The position numbers and the translations under genes were made by a program. Under the pieces are notes generated by a model. The model did no database searches, was not told the origin of the DNA, and was given only the letters and a program-made list of their open reading frames with translations. From IMG/VR virus record IMGVR_UViG_3300045988_145198: DNA of 17,884 nt. One strand, written 5' to 3'. Shown here piece after piece: positions 4,976 through 13,100 of this stretch. The DNA comes from a virus. Position 1 is the stretch's first letter; every line of letters begins with the position of its first letter.

Positions 4976-5815
4976 ATGCCGGCCGTGAGTATGCACAAAA
5001 AGCTGCCCCCTGCTCAGTGGCGGGACGAAATCACCCTATGGCTCGAATCGCTCACGGCGGCGGGCCTCAGTCAGGACACCGTCAACACGCGGCGGTGCAA
5101 GATAGGCCACGCGGCGCGGTGCCTGGATAAATCGCCCTATGACGTGACGTCAGAGGATCTAGTGCATTGGACCGCCTCGCAATCATGGAAGGCGGAGACG
5201 CGCAAGGGCTACCGAAACACGCTCGTCGGTTTTTTCCGGTGGCTGCATGCCACGGGCCGGCGCGCGGACGATCCGGCCGCCGCGCTGCCGAAGGTGCGCA
5301 AGACGCGGCCGCATCCCCGCCCGTGCCCCGACGCGCACATATACGCCGCCATGTGCGCCGCGAACGATGTGGAACGGCTCATGCTGCGCCTCGGTGCCGA
5401 AGCCGGGTTGAGACTGTCCGAAATCGCGGCCGTCCACTCGCGCGACGTGCTGGAAGGCGACGCCGGCCCGTCGCTGATAGTGCGGGGCAAGGGCGACAAA
5501 CAGCGCATAGTGCCCATAAGCGAAGACCTGGCGAAGCGGATAACGGCCGCGCCCGGTTGGCTGTTCCCCGGCCGGTGGCGGGGACACGTCGAAAAATCGT
5601 ATGTGTCCCGCCACCTCACACGGCTGCTGCCGGACGGTTGGGGGCCGCACTCGCTGCGCCACCGGTACGCCACGCGCATGTACGAGACCACGCACGATCT
5701 GCTGCTGGTCTCGAAACTGCTGGGACATAGCAGCGTGGAGACCACGCAAATCTACGTGGCGATGCCGGACAGCCGTCTGCGCGTCGGTCTGGACGCGGTG
5801 ACGTTGGCCGGCTAG
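4976..5815 (+). CDS. int: Tyrosine recombinase / phage integrase (XerC/D-like, 279 aa)
   Basis: Catalytic signature: RLSE...GKGDKQR...HSLRHRYAT...LGHSSVETTQIYV. It is adjacent to the attP-like core. The start may instead be GTG 4985 or ATG 4991. Confidence 0.9.
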   Translation: MPAVSMHKKLPPAQWRDEITLWLESLTAAGLSQDTVNTRRCKIGHAARCLDKSPYDVTSEDLVHWTASQSWKAETRKGYRNTLVGFFRWLHATGRRADDPAAALPKVRKTRPHPRPCPDAHIYAAMCAANDVERLMLRLGAEAGLRLSEIAAVHSRDVLEGDAGPSLIVRGKGDKQRIVPISEDLAKRITAAPGWLFPGRWRGHVEKSYVSRHLTRLLPDGWGPHSLRHRYATRMYETTHDLLLVSKLLGHSSVETTQIYVAMPDSRLRVGLDAVTLAG

Positions 5816-6069
5816 GCCGCGTGCTGCGCGCGCGACTTGGGCGTGATTGGGTTGTCCTTCCACCACGCCCATAGCGCGGCGCCCACGTTCCATGTGAGGG
5901 CGACGAGCTGGTTAACCGTCTCGTCAGCGATGGGGATGGTATCGACGCCGAACATGACCAGGCAAGCGTTAATCAAGCCGAGCAGCAGCACGGCGGCGCG
6001 GGCGATGGTCGCGGCGCTGACGCCGGGGGTGCGGGTGTCGCCGCCCTCCACTTGTTCTTCGTATTCCAT
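5812..6069 (-). CDS. Putative holin (85 aa, two hydrophobic helices)
   Basis: Immediately downstream of the endolysin, with AAGGAAGGA before the ATG. Hydrophobic segments are AATIARAAVLLLGLINACLVMFGV and LVALTWNVGAALWAWW, followed by a charged tail. Confidence 0.6.
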   Translation of the reverse strand: MEYEEQVEGGDTRTPGVSAATIARAAVLLLGLINACLVMFGVDTIPIADETVNQLVALTWNVGAALWAWWKDNPITPKSRAQHAA

Positions 6070-6071
6070 GG

Positions 6072-6926
6072 CTATCCTTCCTTTTCGGTGGTCTTGTCGG
6101 TGGCGGTCACGCTGATTTCCAGCGAGTCCAGCTTCGCGCGCACGGCGTCCGCGACGATCTTGGATATGTCGGCCGGGTTCGCTCCCAGCGCCTTGCTAAG
6201 CGCCTCGATCGCGGCGGTCTGCGCCGTCAGCTGGGTTTTGAGGTCGGCTATGTCGTAACGCGCCTGGATGACGCTATCCAACACGTTGCGGCCGTCGTTG
6301 CCCTTGGTCTGGATCAACGCGTCGGCGGCCCGGTCCTTGAGCTCGTTCCGGGTCTGGATGATTCCATCGAAGAGATTGCGGCCGTCGTTGCCCTTGGTCT
6401 CGTAAAGGTCTTGCGCACTCACTGTTCCTGCTCCTGTCAAAAGTTGGTTTGCTTTGTTGATTACATAATCCACGTCCAGACCATTCGCGGCCCGGTCGGG
6501 ACATCCTGCGTGATCGCTGCCTGGTATCTCTCGGTGCAACCACACGTTGCCTTTTAGCCCGTCGTGCCATAGGCGCGGCCAGCCGTATCGGCGCGCGATG
6601 TCCGCGCACAAGGCGGCGCTAGCGTCCATGCACGCCTTGGTGCAGGGGACGCCGGCCATGCCGCCTTCGTGCTCGATGCTGATGGTCTGGCAGTTCGACG
6701 CATAGTTGCTGTCGGTCCACGGCGCGTCAGTTTCTCGCACATACTGGTGGATCAGGCCCGTGGAGCCGATGCCGTATGTGCTGGACGCCTGGCGCACCGG
6801 ATTCTGAAACGTCGCGTCGGTGCCGGCGAGACGGCCTACCATGATGTGCAGGGTGATGTGCGTGACCTCGTAGCCGTTGCGTCCCGCGTAGTGGTTGGGG
6901 CTGCCTATCCATGTGCTATTGACCAT
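6072..6926 (-). CDS. Endolysin: N-acetylmuramoyl-L-alanine amidase (Amidase_2/PGRP type) with a repeat plus coiled-coil C-terminus
   Basis: The N-terminal 160 aa carry THITLHIMVG...SIEHEGG...WLHREIPGSDHAGCP, a zinc amidase pattern. AAGGAGA lies upstream of ATG 6926. Confidence 0.8.
   Translation of the reverse strand: MVNSTWIGSPNHYAGRNGYEVTHITLHIMVGRLAGTDATFQNPVRQASSTYGIGSTGLIHQYVRETDAPWTDSNYASNCQTISIEHEGGMAGVPCTKACMDASAALCADIARRYGWPRLWHDGLKGNVWLHREIPGSDHAGCPDRAANGLDVDYVINKANQLLTGAGTVSAQDLYETKGNDGRNLFDGIIQTRNELKDRAADALIQTKGNDGRNVLDSVIQARYDIADLKTQLTAQTAAIEALSKALGANPADISKIVADAVRAKLDSLEISVTATDKTTEKEG
6286..6400. repeat. In-frame 90-nt tandem repeat inside the endolysin C-terminus
   Basis: An identical 25-mer, ttgcggccgtcgttgcccttggtct, occurs at 6286-6310 and 6376-6400. 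It encodes TKGNDGRN(L/V)... twice. Confidence 0.9.
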
Positions 6927-6940
6927 TCATTTGTCTCCTT

Positions 6941-7183
6941 TCAATCGTCTCGATGCTCGAAAATCCCTTCCGGTGGCTCAGGCGGTGGTGGCGGTGCTCG
7001 CCGGTATATGTGATCCACGAGAGCACGGTTCCATTGCCACAACAGGGAATTGTCGGTCTGCATCTGTTGCGCGAGCCGGTACGCCGCCAACCGGTCGCGC
7101 GAGGCGGTTGCTACGGTCTGGATAATCGCGCCCAGCACCACGCCGGCGCCGCCGACCACCGACACGATTACTTCCTCGCTCAT
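6941..7183 (-). CDS. Small membrane protein with Pro-rich tail (80 aa), between the tail and lysis genes
   Basis: Track ORF trimmed to MSEEVIVSVVGGAGVVLGAIIQTV...RRAPPPPPEPPEG. ATGA overlap with the upstream tail gene at 7180-7183. Confidence 0.55.
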   Translation of the reverse strand: MSEEVIVSVVGGAGVVLGAIIQTVATASRDRLAAYRLAQQMQTDNSLLWQWNRALVDHIYRRAPPPPPEPPEGIFEHRDD

Positions 7184-7884
7184 AGCTCCACCACGTTGAG
7201 ATAGCCGGCCACGCGCATTATGCCGCTGTTGTTGGAGTGGAACGAGACCTGGATTCCGCCGGTGCCGTCGGATTCGATGACGGTCACACACTCAATTGCG
7301 CTGAACGCATTACCAGAGGTGCTCGATTCCGCCGAACTCGGGAGCAGTGACGAGGCGCCTCCTACCGTCGCCACCCCGATGCTTAGCCATGTCATGTCTG
7401 CGATACCGGAGAACTGCATGTATTCTTTGACCAGCCATCGGCCGGCCGGCAGAATCGCATACGCGCCCTTGCTATTGGCAGTCGTCTTGATGTCGGCGCT
7501 TCCGGTCACGTTGGAGAACATCATGTATGTGTCGCCGTTGTTCAGGATGAGGTCGTTCGCGGATCTTTTGAACCGGCAGCCCCACGTGCGTTTCTGTCGA
7601 ATCTCCACGGGGTGCCAGGCGTCGCCAAGACGGTAGTACAGACCATTGCGTTGCATGGTGTCACCGGTGACCACGCCTGATTGTCCATTCACGCCTTCCA
7701 GTGACTCCAATGTCTCCAGCGTGGTTGCAGTCACTGGCGATACGCCTTCGGGGGTCGCTCGCGCGTCGATTTCGCGCAAGACCTTTTCGACGCCTTCTGC
7801 CGTCTGTCGGAACTGTGTGGGGGCGGACGATACGAGGTCATCGGCCTCGATATAGGGGATGCCGTACACGCTTGTGGTCTTCAT
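7180..7884 (-). CDS. Minor tail protein / candidate receptor-binding protein (234 aa)
   Basis: Track ORF trimmed to MKTTSVYGIPYIEADDLVSSAPTQFRQTAEGVEKVL... This N-terminal pattern recurs in actinophage tail-fibre-like proteins. ATGA overlap at 7881-7884. Confidence 0.6.
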   Translation of the reverse strand: MKTTSVYGIPYIEADDLVSSAPTQFRQTAEGVEKVLREIDARATPEGVSPVTATTLETLESLEGVNGQSGVVTGDTMQRNGLYYRLGDAWHPVEIRQKRTWGCRFKRSANDLILNNGDTYMMFSNVTGSADIKTTANSKGAYAILPAGRWLVKEYMQFSGIADMTWLSIGVATVGGASSLLPSSAESSTSGNAFSAIECVTVIESDGTGGIQVSFHSNNSGIMRVAGYLNVVEL

Positions 7885-9410
7885 CCTTGTGATCCTTCCT
7901 GTGTTGGTTGTGAGAATTGTCGAATTAACGCGAGCTCGGCTAGTGTGAACCGGCACATGTCCCATGTGACGGGCCATGCACCCATATCCGCCCACGTGGT
8001 CGCGGTATCGGTCTTGACGGGCAACGGCCATAACGTGACCTCGTTGCGGAGCAACGGCCGCCCGCTCGACCACTGGTAGGTGAGCGTGCCGCCGATGGTC
8101 GCCCACGCGCCGCCCGTGGCGGGTATGCCGTCGTCGCCGGTGAGACGTGACGACGTGGCGCCCTGGATGACGAGCGGCCCGGAACTGGCGGTGAGATACA
8201 GGCGCGCGTGCGTGGCCGGGTCCAGCTTGCGGCCGTCGAACACCACCGTTGCCGGCCGTAACCGCCGGTCGATGGTGACGAGCAGTCGGGCGAACGCGTC
8301 ACGATCCGCGTCGGTCGGGGCCCACACGCTGCCGCCCGCGCGGCCCCATACGCCGCCCGACTCGTCGGCCGTCACCACGTCGGCCTCAACGGTGACGCTG
8401 GATTGCGTGGCCTTCAGGTTCGCCGGCAGCCGGCCCATGTCCGTCAAAGCAGTTTCGTGCTGGTCGAACTCAAGCGCGCCGTCGGACGCTTTCGCTGTCT
8501 TGCCCTGAATAACGAACTGGGTGACGGGTTCCGGGATCGTCAATGATTGTTCGTCGTCGGTGATGACGTCGGCGGCGTCGAGGCCGTCCAGCGTCTCCCC
8601 CGTCCAATCGGTCACGGTGAGCCTCGCCGTGTCGTCGATGCCGATGCTTGCGGGCGCGCCGAACGGCATGTAGTCGAGTCGGCTCGCGTCATGGTCGGGG
8701 TATTCATACCATATCGGCCACATTCGGGAGTGCGCGTAGAGGCGGTGGAGCAAAGTGAGCTGCGATGGGTAGTCGTCGGTCCGGTAGGGTGCCACGGATG
8801 CGGTGGCGTCGAGGCCGTTGGCGTTGGCCTGTGGCGCGTCCGCTTCCCTGGCTCGTCGGTTGAGCTCCGTCAATCGTTCGGCCATGGTGCCGACCCAATG
8901 CAGGCCCGTGTAGCGTGCATCGGATGATACGGGCCCTTGTTTCTGCAGTCTTTTCCACAGGATCATGCGGCTGGAGGCGCTGAGCTCCAACAGCCAGCCG
9001 TCGCCGCGGGGCCGGGCTTCGCCGCCGTTCTGCACCAGTCCATCGAACAGCGTCGTCGCCGCGCTTGACTTGCCGGACGGGTTGCCGGGCGTGTATGCCT
9101 GGTGCATCGCGTCCAAACGCATGCGCTGCGCCGACCATGCGCCCATGTCGTCGCGGAGCATGCCCCATGTGGGTTGCGCCGAGATCTGCACGAGCACGCG
9201 CGCGCCGGCCAGGGTGAGGGCGCGGCCGGTGAGCCAGCCGGTCGAGTCGCGTAGCCGGAACGTCATCACGGACGGGTCGGGCTGCTGGTCGATGCCGTCG
9301 GTGCCCCACTGGATGCTGAAGCCGTCCAACGCGGCCACGTCGTTGTCGTGGTCGTTGACGGCAACCCAGCCGTCGCCCCAGTCGAGGAACATGAAACACT
9401 GCTGCGCCAC
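7881..9410 (-). CDS. Minor tail protein, distal-tail (Dit)-like (about 509 aa; alternative ATG 9392)
   Basis: Only the C-terminal part of the 1155-aa track ORF looks real. The GTG at 9408-9410 overlaps the tape-measure stop (TAGTG) with GAGG 6 nt upstream. It lies directly after the tape measure. Confidence 0.6.
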   Translation of the reverse strand: MAQQCFMFLDWGDGWVAVNDHDNDVAALDGFSIQWGTDGIDQQPDPSVMTFRLRDSTGWLTGRALTLAGARVLVQISAQPTWGMLRDDMGAWSAQRMRLDAMHQAYTPGNPSGKSSAATTLFDGLVQNGGEARPRGDGWLLELSASSRMILWKRLQKQGPVSSDARYTGLHWVGTMAERLTELNRRAREADAPQANANGLDATASVAPYRTDDYPSQLTLLHRLYAHSRMWPIWYEYPDHDASRLDYMPFGAPASIGIDDTARLTVTDWTGETLDGLDAADVITDDEQSLTIPEPVTQFVIQGKTAKASDGALEFDQHETALTDMGRLPANLKATQSSVTVEADVVTADESGGVWGRAGGSVWAPTDADRDAFARLLVTIDRRLRPATVVFDGRKLDPATHARLYLTASSGPLVIQGATSSRLTGDDGIPATGGAWATIGGTLTYQWSSGRPLLRNEVTLWPLPVKTDTATTWADMGAWPVTWDMCRFTLAELALIRQFSQPTQEGSQG

Positions 9411-11488
9411 TAGTTGCCTCGCTTCCGGTCGTAGTCGCGGAGAATCTTCCTGATTTCGCGTGCCACGCCCTCGCGGTCCACGGGCGCGTTGAACGTGACG
9501 TTGAAAACGGTGGTCGTACTGGCCGCCTGACTGCCGGCGGTGGTGCCGCCGTTGAACACGACGTTGGATAGGCGGCCGTTGATGCTGCCGATGGTGCGGC
9601 GCACGTCGGTGTCGAAGCCGGTGCGCAGGCCTCGTGCGAAGCCCTTCATGATGAGCCGGCCGTTGTTGACGAGCATGATGGCGTCGTAGGCGGGCGGCCC
9701 CTTGTGTTCCTTGATCCAGTCGCCGATGCCGCCTATCCAGCCGGTCACGTTGTTCCACATGCTTTTCAGGCCGTCGAGGAAGCCGCTGATGATGCTGGAG
9801 CCTGCGTCGTACAGCAGTCTGCCCACGTTGCCGATGGCGGACAGGATGCGGCCGGGCAGTCCGCTGAACCAGCTGACCACGTTGTTCCACGTGTTCTGCG
9901 CGAACTGGGCGGCGCTGGAGAAGAACGCGCCTATCTTGCCGGGCAATGATTGGAAGAATCCGATGATGTTGCTCGCGCACGAGCCGACGAAGCTGGTGAA
10001 TTTGCTCCAGATATTCCGGCCGGCCTCGGTCTGGGTGAAGAAATAGATTAAACCGGCCACCAATGCGGCGATGAGAGTGATGATGAGCACGATGGGATTG
10101 GCGTTCATCGCCACGTTGAGTGCCCACTGGGCCACGGATGCGGCGGTGCTGGCCACACTGAAGCCCTGCAATGCGGTGACCACGGCGCTGATGACGCTGG
10201 CCGCCTTGAACACGGCGAAGCCGGTGCCGATGCCGACCAGGGCGGCGCTGATGGGTTCGGCGTTCGCGCTCACCCAGTCGCTGAACGCGGTGAGTTTGTC
10301 GGCCACGTCGCCCACGATGCCGGCGGCGCCGTTGAAGGCGTCGCCCAACGCGGTGCCCGCTCCGGCCGCGCCGCCCATCGAGTCGAGCAGGGGCGTGAAC
10401 TGGCCGATGAGGTCGCCGGCGGCTCCGGCGAGGCTTTTGCATGACTCCCAGACGGCGGCGAAGATATCGCTGGCGGCCTGTGCGGGGCCGGTGTTCTGGA
10501 ACGCGGTGAGGAAATCGGAGACCTTCTGTTTCGCGGTGTCGAACGTGCTGGCGGCGGTATCCCGGATGGTGAGCAGGAAGTCCACGACGGGGCTGTCCTC
10601 CTCTACGTTGAACGCGTCGCGCAGTTCCGCGCTGAAGTCGCCGTCGCGCACGAGTTTGATGACGCCTTGCAGGCCGGTGGTCGCCTTGCCGCTGAACGCG
10701 CTGATTTTGTCGGCGGCGACGCTCATGGCGGAGGTGACCGTCGGTTTGAACAGGTTGAACGCATCGGTCAGGCCGCCGACCACGGCGGCCTCGAGGTTGC
10801 CCATGGCTCCCTCCATGGTGGAGGTGCTGGTCGCGGCCTCTTTGGCGACGTCGCTCATGCCGAGGTCCATGATCGCGGCGGAGAACTCGTCCGCCGTGAT
10901 CTCGCCCTTCTCCATGGCGTCCCTGAAATTGCCGGTGTACGCGCCGGCCTTGAGCATGGATTCCTGGAGCCGGCCGGCCGCGCCGGGGATGGCGTCGGTC
11001 AGCTGGTTCCAGTTCTCCGTCGTGAGCTTGCCGGCTCCGGCGGTCTGGGTCATGACCATGGCCACGCTTTTGAACGTGTCGGCGTTGCCGCCTGCCACGG
11101 CGTTCAGGTTGCCTGCCGCCTCGGTCAGGCCCACGTAGTCCTTGACGCCGTTGGCGGCGAGCTGGGCGGTGGTGTTCTGCACGGTCGTGAGGTCGTAGAC
11201 CGTGCGGTCCGCGTAATCTCGGGTGGCCTTGGTGGCCTGGTCTATGGCGGTGGTGTCCAGTCCGGCGAAGCCCATGGTCTGCTTGAACTTGTCGGTGCTG
11301 TCGCTCATGTCCACGACGGCGGCGCTGAAGCCCTTGAGCTTGTCCCACAGGGCGGTCACGCCCTTGACGGCCATGCCGCCCATGAAGCTGCCGAAGGCGG
11401 CGGCTTTGCCGGTGACCTTGCTGAACGCCTTCACGGCGTCGTCGCTGTTGCCGGTGATTCTCACCGACATGATCGCGCTACGCGCCAT
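9410..11488 (-). CDS. Tail tape measure protein (692 aa)
   Basis: Long Ala/Gly-rich helical protein with a central hydrophobic block (PIVLIITLIAALVAGLIYFF). It follows the chaperone pair. GGAGGAGG precedes the ATG at 11488. Confidence 0.85.
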   Translation of the reverse strand: MARSAIMSVRITGNSDDAVKAFSKVTGKAAAFGSFMGGMAVKGVTALWDKLKGFSAAVVDMSDSTDKFKQTMGFAGLDTTAIDQATKATRDYADRTVYDLTTVQNTTAQLAANGVKDYVGLTEAAGNLNAVAGGNADTFKSVAMVMTQTAGAGKLTTENWNQLTDAIPGAAGRLQESMLKAGAYTGNFRDAMEKGEITADEFSAAIMDLGMSDVAKEAATSTSTMEGAMGNLEAAVVGGLTDAFNLFKPTVTSAMSVAADKISAFSGKATTGLQGVIKLVRDGDFSAELRDAFNVEEDSPVVDFLLTIRDTAASTFDTAKQKVSDFLTAFQNTGPAQAASDIFAAVWESCKSLAGAAGDLIGQFTPLLDSMGGAAGAGTALGDAFNGAAGIVGDVADKLTAFSDWVSANAEPISAALVGIGTGFAVFKAASVISAVVTALQGFSVASTAASVAQWALNVAMNANPIVLIITLIAALVAGLIYFFTQTEAGRNIWSKFTSFVGSCASNIIGFFQSLPGKIGAFFSSAAQFAQNTWNNVVSWFSGLPGRILSAIGNVGRLLYDAGSSIISGFLDGLKSMWNNVTGWIGGIGDWIKEHKGPPAYDAIMLVNNGRLIMKGFARGLRTGFDTDVRRTIGSINGRLSNVVFNGGTTAGSQAASTTTVFNVTFNAPVDREGVAREIRKILRDYDRKRGN

Positions 11489-11905
11489 GTTCCGCCTCCT
11501 CCATGCGTTCCATCTCCTGTTCGAGCAGTCCTATCGCGGTGCCCCAGTCCAGTTCGCTGGCCTCGTTGCGCCATGCCCACGGCGTGCCGCCGAAGTGGTG
11601 GGCGAGGATGACGCTGAGCTTGCCGAGCGAGTCGTCGGGCCACTCGCCTATTCGGTAGGGTTTTCCGGGGTCTCCACGTCGATGTCGTCCACGTCGTCGA
11701 GCCACTGGTCGTATGGTTTGGACGTGTTGCCGGCGAACCTCATCGCGAGGTACGCCATGTAGTAGGACTGGCGGATTCGGCTGCCGTCGCCGGCGGCCCA
11801 CCCCTCCTTCTGCGCGTGTTCCTCGCATGAGGTGATAACGCGCGGGGTGAGCGGGGCCTCGCTGGTGTGGCCGTCGGTGTAGGTGACTTTCGCGATGTTG
11901 CGCAT
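11478..11905 (-). CDS. Tail assembly chaperone -1 frameshift product (GT-like)
   Basis: The -1 frame stays open from the G stop region to 11478 (…GKPYRIGEWPDDSLGKLSVILAHHFGGTPW…) and overlaps the tape-measure start. The candidate shift site is within CCCCGGAAAACCC (minus strand, about 11657-11669). That site is not a textbook XXXYYYZ heptamer. Confidence 0.45.
11648..11905 (-). CDS. Tail assembly chaperone (G-like, 85 aa)
   Basis: Located just upstream of the tape measure, with an acidic C-terminus (DDVDDIDVETPENPTE). AAGGGAG precedes the ATG. Confidence 0.6.
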   Translation of the reverse strand: MRNIAKVTYTDGHTSEAPLTPRVITSCEEHAQKEGWAAGDGSRIRQSYYMAYLAMRFAGNTSKPYDQWLDDVDDIDVETPENPTE

Positions 11906-11908
11906 GGG

Positions 11909-12292
11909 TTATGCTCCCTTGATCTGTTCCAATGTCTTGTCGACGTACTGCTTGTAGAGGCGCGTCCACTGTGGTTCGGTGGAGGCGACACCACTGTTGA
12001 CGAACTGGCGTCCGACGATGCGGCGTCGGGGCCAGCCGTAGTTGATGACTCCTGCGTAGGGCACCGATTTGCGGCCGGCGCGGATGATGCCGGCCTTCTG
12101 GGTCGCGCCGATTCGCACGCTGCCGGCCAGTCGGCCGGTCCTGCCGCGCGGGGCGAGTGCCTTGACCGCCGGCAGTGCGACGCCCGCCGCCTGCCGGTTG
12201 ACCTCCTTGAGCTGTTTGAGGTCGGCGCCGGCCTTGCGCATCGTGGCCACGAACCGTTTCTGGCCGACCACGTACAACGCCTTGTCGGCCAT
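11909..12292 (-). CDS. HK97 gp10-like head-tail joining / tail completion family protein (127 aa)
   Basis: Track ORF trimmed to MADKALYVVG... The motif APRGRTGRLAGSVRIGATQKAGIIRAGRKSVPYAGVINYG resembles the HK97 gp10 family pattern. TGATG coupling at 12290-12294. Confidence 0.55.
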   Translation of the reverse strand: MADKALYVVGQKRFVATMRKAGADLKQLKEVNRQAAGVALPAVKALAPRGRTGRLAGSVRIGATQKAGIIRAGRKSVPYAGVINYGWPRRRIVGRQFVNSGVASTEPQWTRLYKQYVDKTLEQIKGA

Positions 12293-12717
12293 CACGCGCT
12301 GGCCGTGGCCGTGTAGGCGCTGGCCTTCACGTTGGTGGCCGAGAACTCGAAGTCCTTCTTGTTGCGGGTCTTCACGTCGCCGCCGAACGCGATGGGCGCG
12401 ATGGTCACGGTCATGTCCAGTTGGAGGGAGCCCTTGTTGTTCGGTATGAACTTGGCGGTCTTCCGCTCTCCGGCGTGGTTCAGACACCACACCTGCGCGC
12501 CCTCCATGCTGTAGTCCTCGCCGATGCTGCCCGACAGCTTCCAGGTGGAGGTGAGCTCCCCGCCTTCCTCGTGCCCATCAAGGTAGGTGTCGGGGTCCTC
12601 GCTGGAATTGTCGGGGGCGAGCTCCACGCTCGTGCAGTCCACGTCGAGCCTGCGCTGGTCGTCGGCGGCACCGATGACCAGGCTTCCCGGTCCCAGGGTG
12701 CGAATCTTGTCTGCCAT
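12292..12717 (-). CDS. Major tail (tube) protein candidate (141 aa)
   Basis: Track ORF trimmed to MADKIRTLGPGSLVIGAADD...FIPNNKGSLQLDMTVTIAPIAFGGDVK. The composition is beta-rich and tail-tube-like. AAGGAAACA precedes the ATG at 12717. Confidence 0.5.
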   Translation of the reverse strand: MADKIRTLGPGSLVIGAADDQRRLDVDCTSVELAPDNSSEDPDTYLDGHEEGGELTSTWKLSGSIGEDYSMEGAQVWCLNHAGERKTAKFIPNNKGSLQLDMTVTIAPIAFGGDVKTRNKKDFEFSATNVKASAYTATASA

Positions 12718-12734
12718 GGTTGTTTCCTTTCGTG

Positions 12735-13100
12735 TTAGATGGCGTTCAAAGTGACTTCGTATGCGGCGAGCGTGCCCGCGTCGGCGAGGTTGAAGCCTGA
12801 GGCGGTGGCGCTGCGCAGGGGCAGGTTCTCCTGGTGCATGAGTTCGAGCACCTGCATGATGAGGGGGATGGCCTTCTGCTGGGTGGTGGGGGTGCCGGCC
12901 GTGACCATGAGCTTGATGGTGATTTCCGGCGGGTAGGGGTGCCATCCCTCCCATGTGAAATCAGGTGGTTCTATCCAGATGCTGGCCTTGCCCGGTGAGG
13001 GTTTGACCAGCGTGGGATCGTCGGTCACCTGTGTGACGATGCCGCCGAGCCCCGTGAGCTTTTCGGTCAGTTCGGCGACCGTGTTGTCGTAGTCGCTCAT
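12735..13100 (-). CDS. Head-tail connector / tail terminator-like protein (121 aa)
   Basis: Track ORF trimmed to MSDYDNTVAELTEKL... ATGA overlap at 13097-13100. The product call rests on position and size only. Confidence 0.4.
   Translation of the reverse strand: MSDYDNTVAELTEKLTGLGGIVTQVTDDPTLVKPSPGKASIWIEPPDFTWEGWHPYPPEITIKLMVTAGTPTTQQKAIPLIMQVLELMHQENLPLRSATASGFNLADAGTLAAYEVTLNAI

Noticed and set aside
5167-5893. Track ORFs 5167-5730 (+), 5183-5893 (-) and 5209-5745 (-) inside the integrase gene
   Set aside because: These are alternative frames of a gene with a clear tyrosine-recombinase signature. Their translations are Arg/Ala/Pro-rich shadows.
9411-11348. N-terminal two-thirds of the 1155-aa track ORF 7881-11348
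   Set aside because: Extremely Arg/His/Gly-rich, low-complexity translation in an alternative frame of the tape measure gene. This is a typical high-GC shadow ORF. Only 7881-9410 reads like a real protein.
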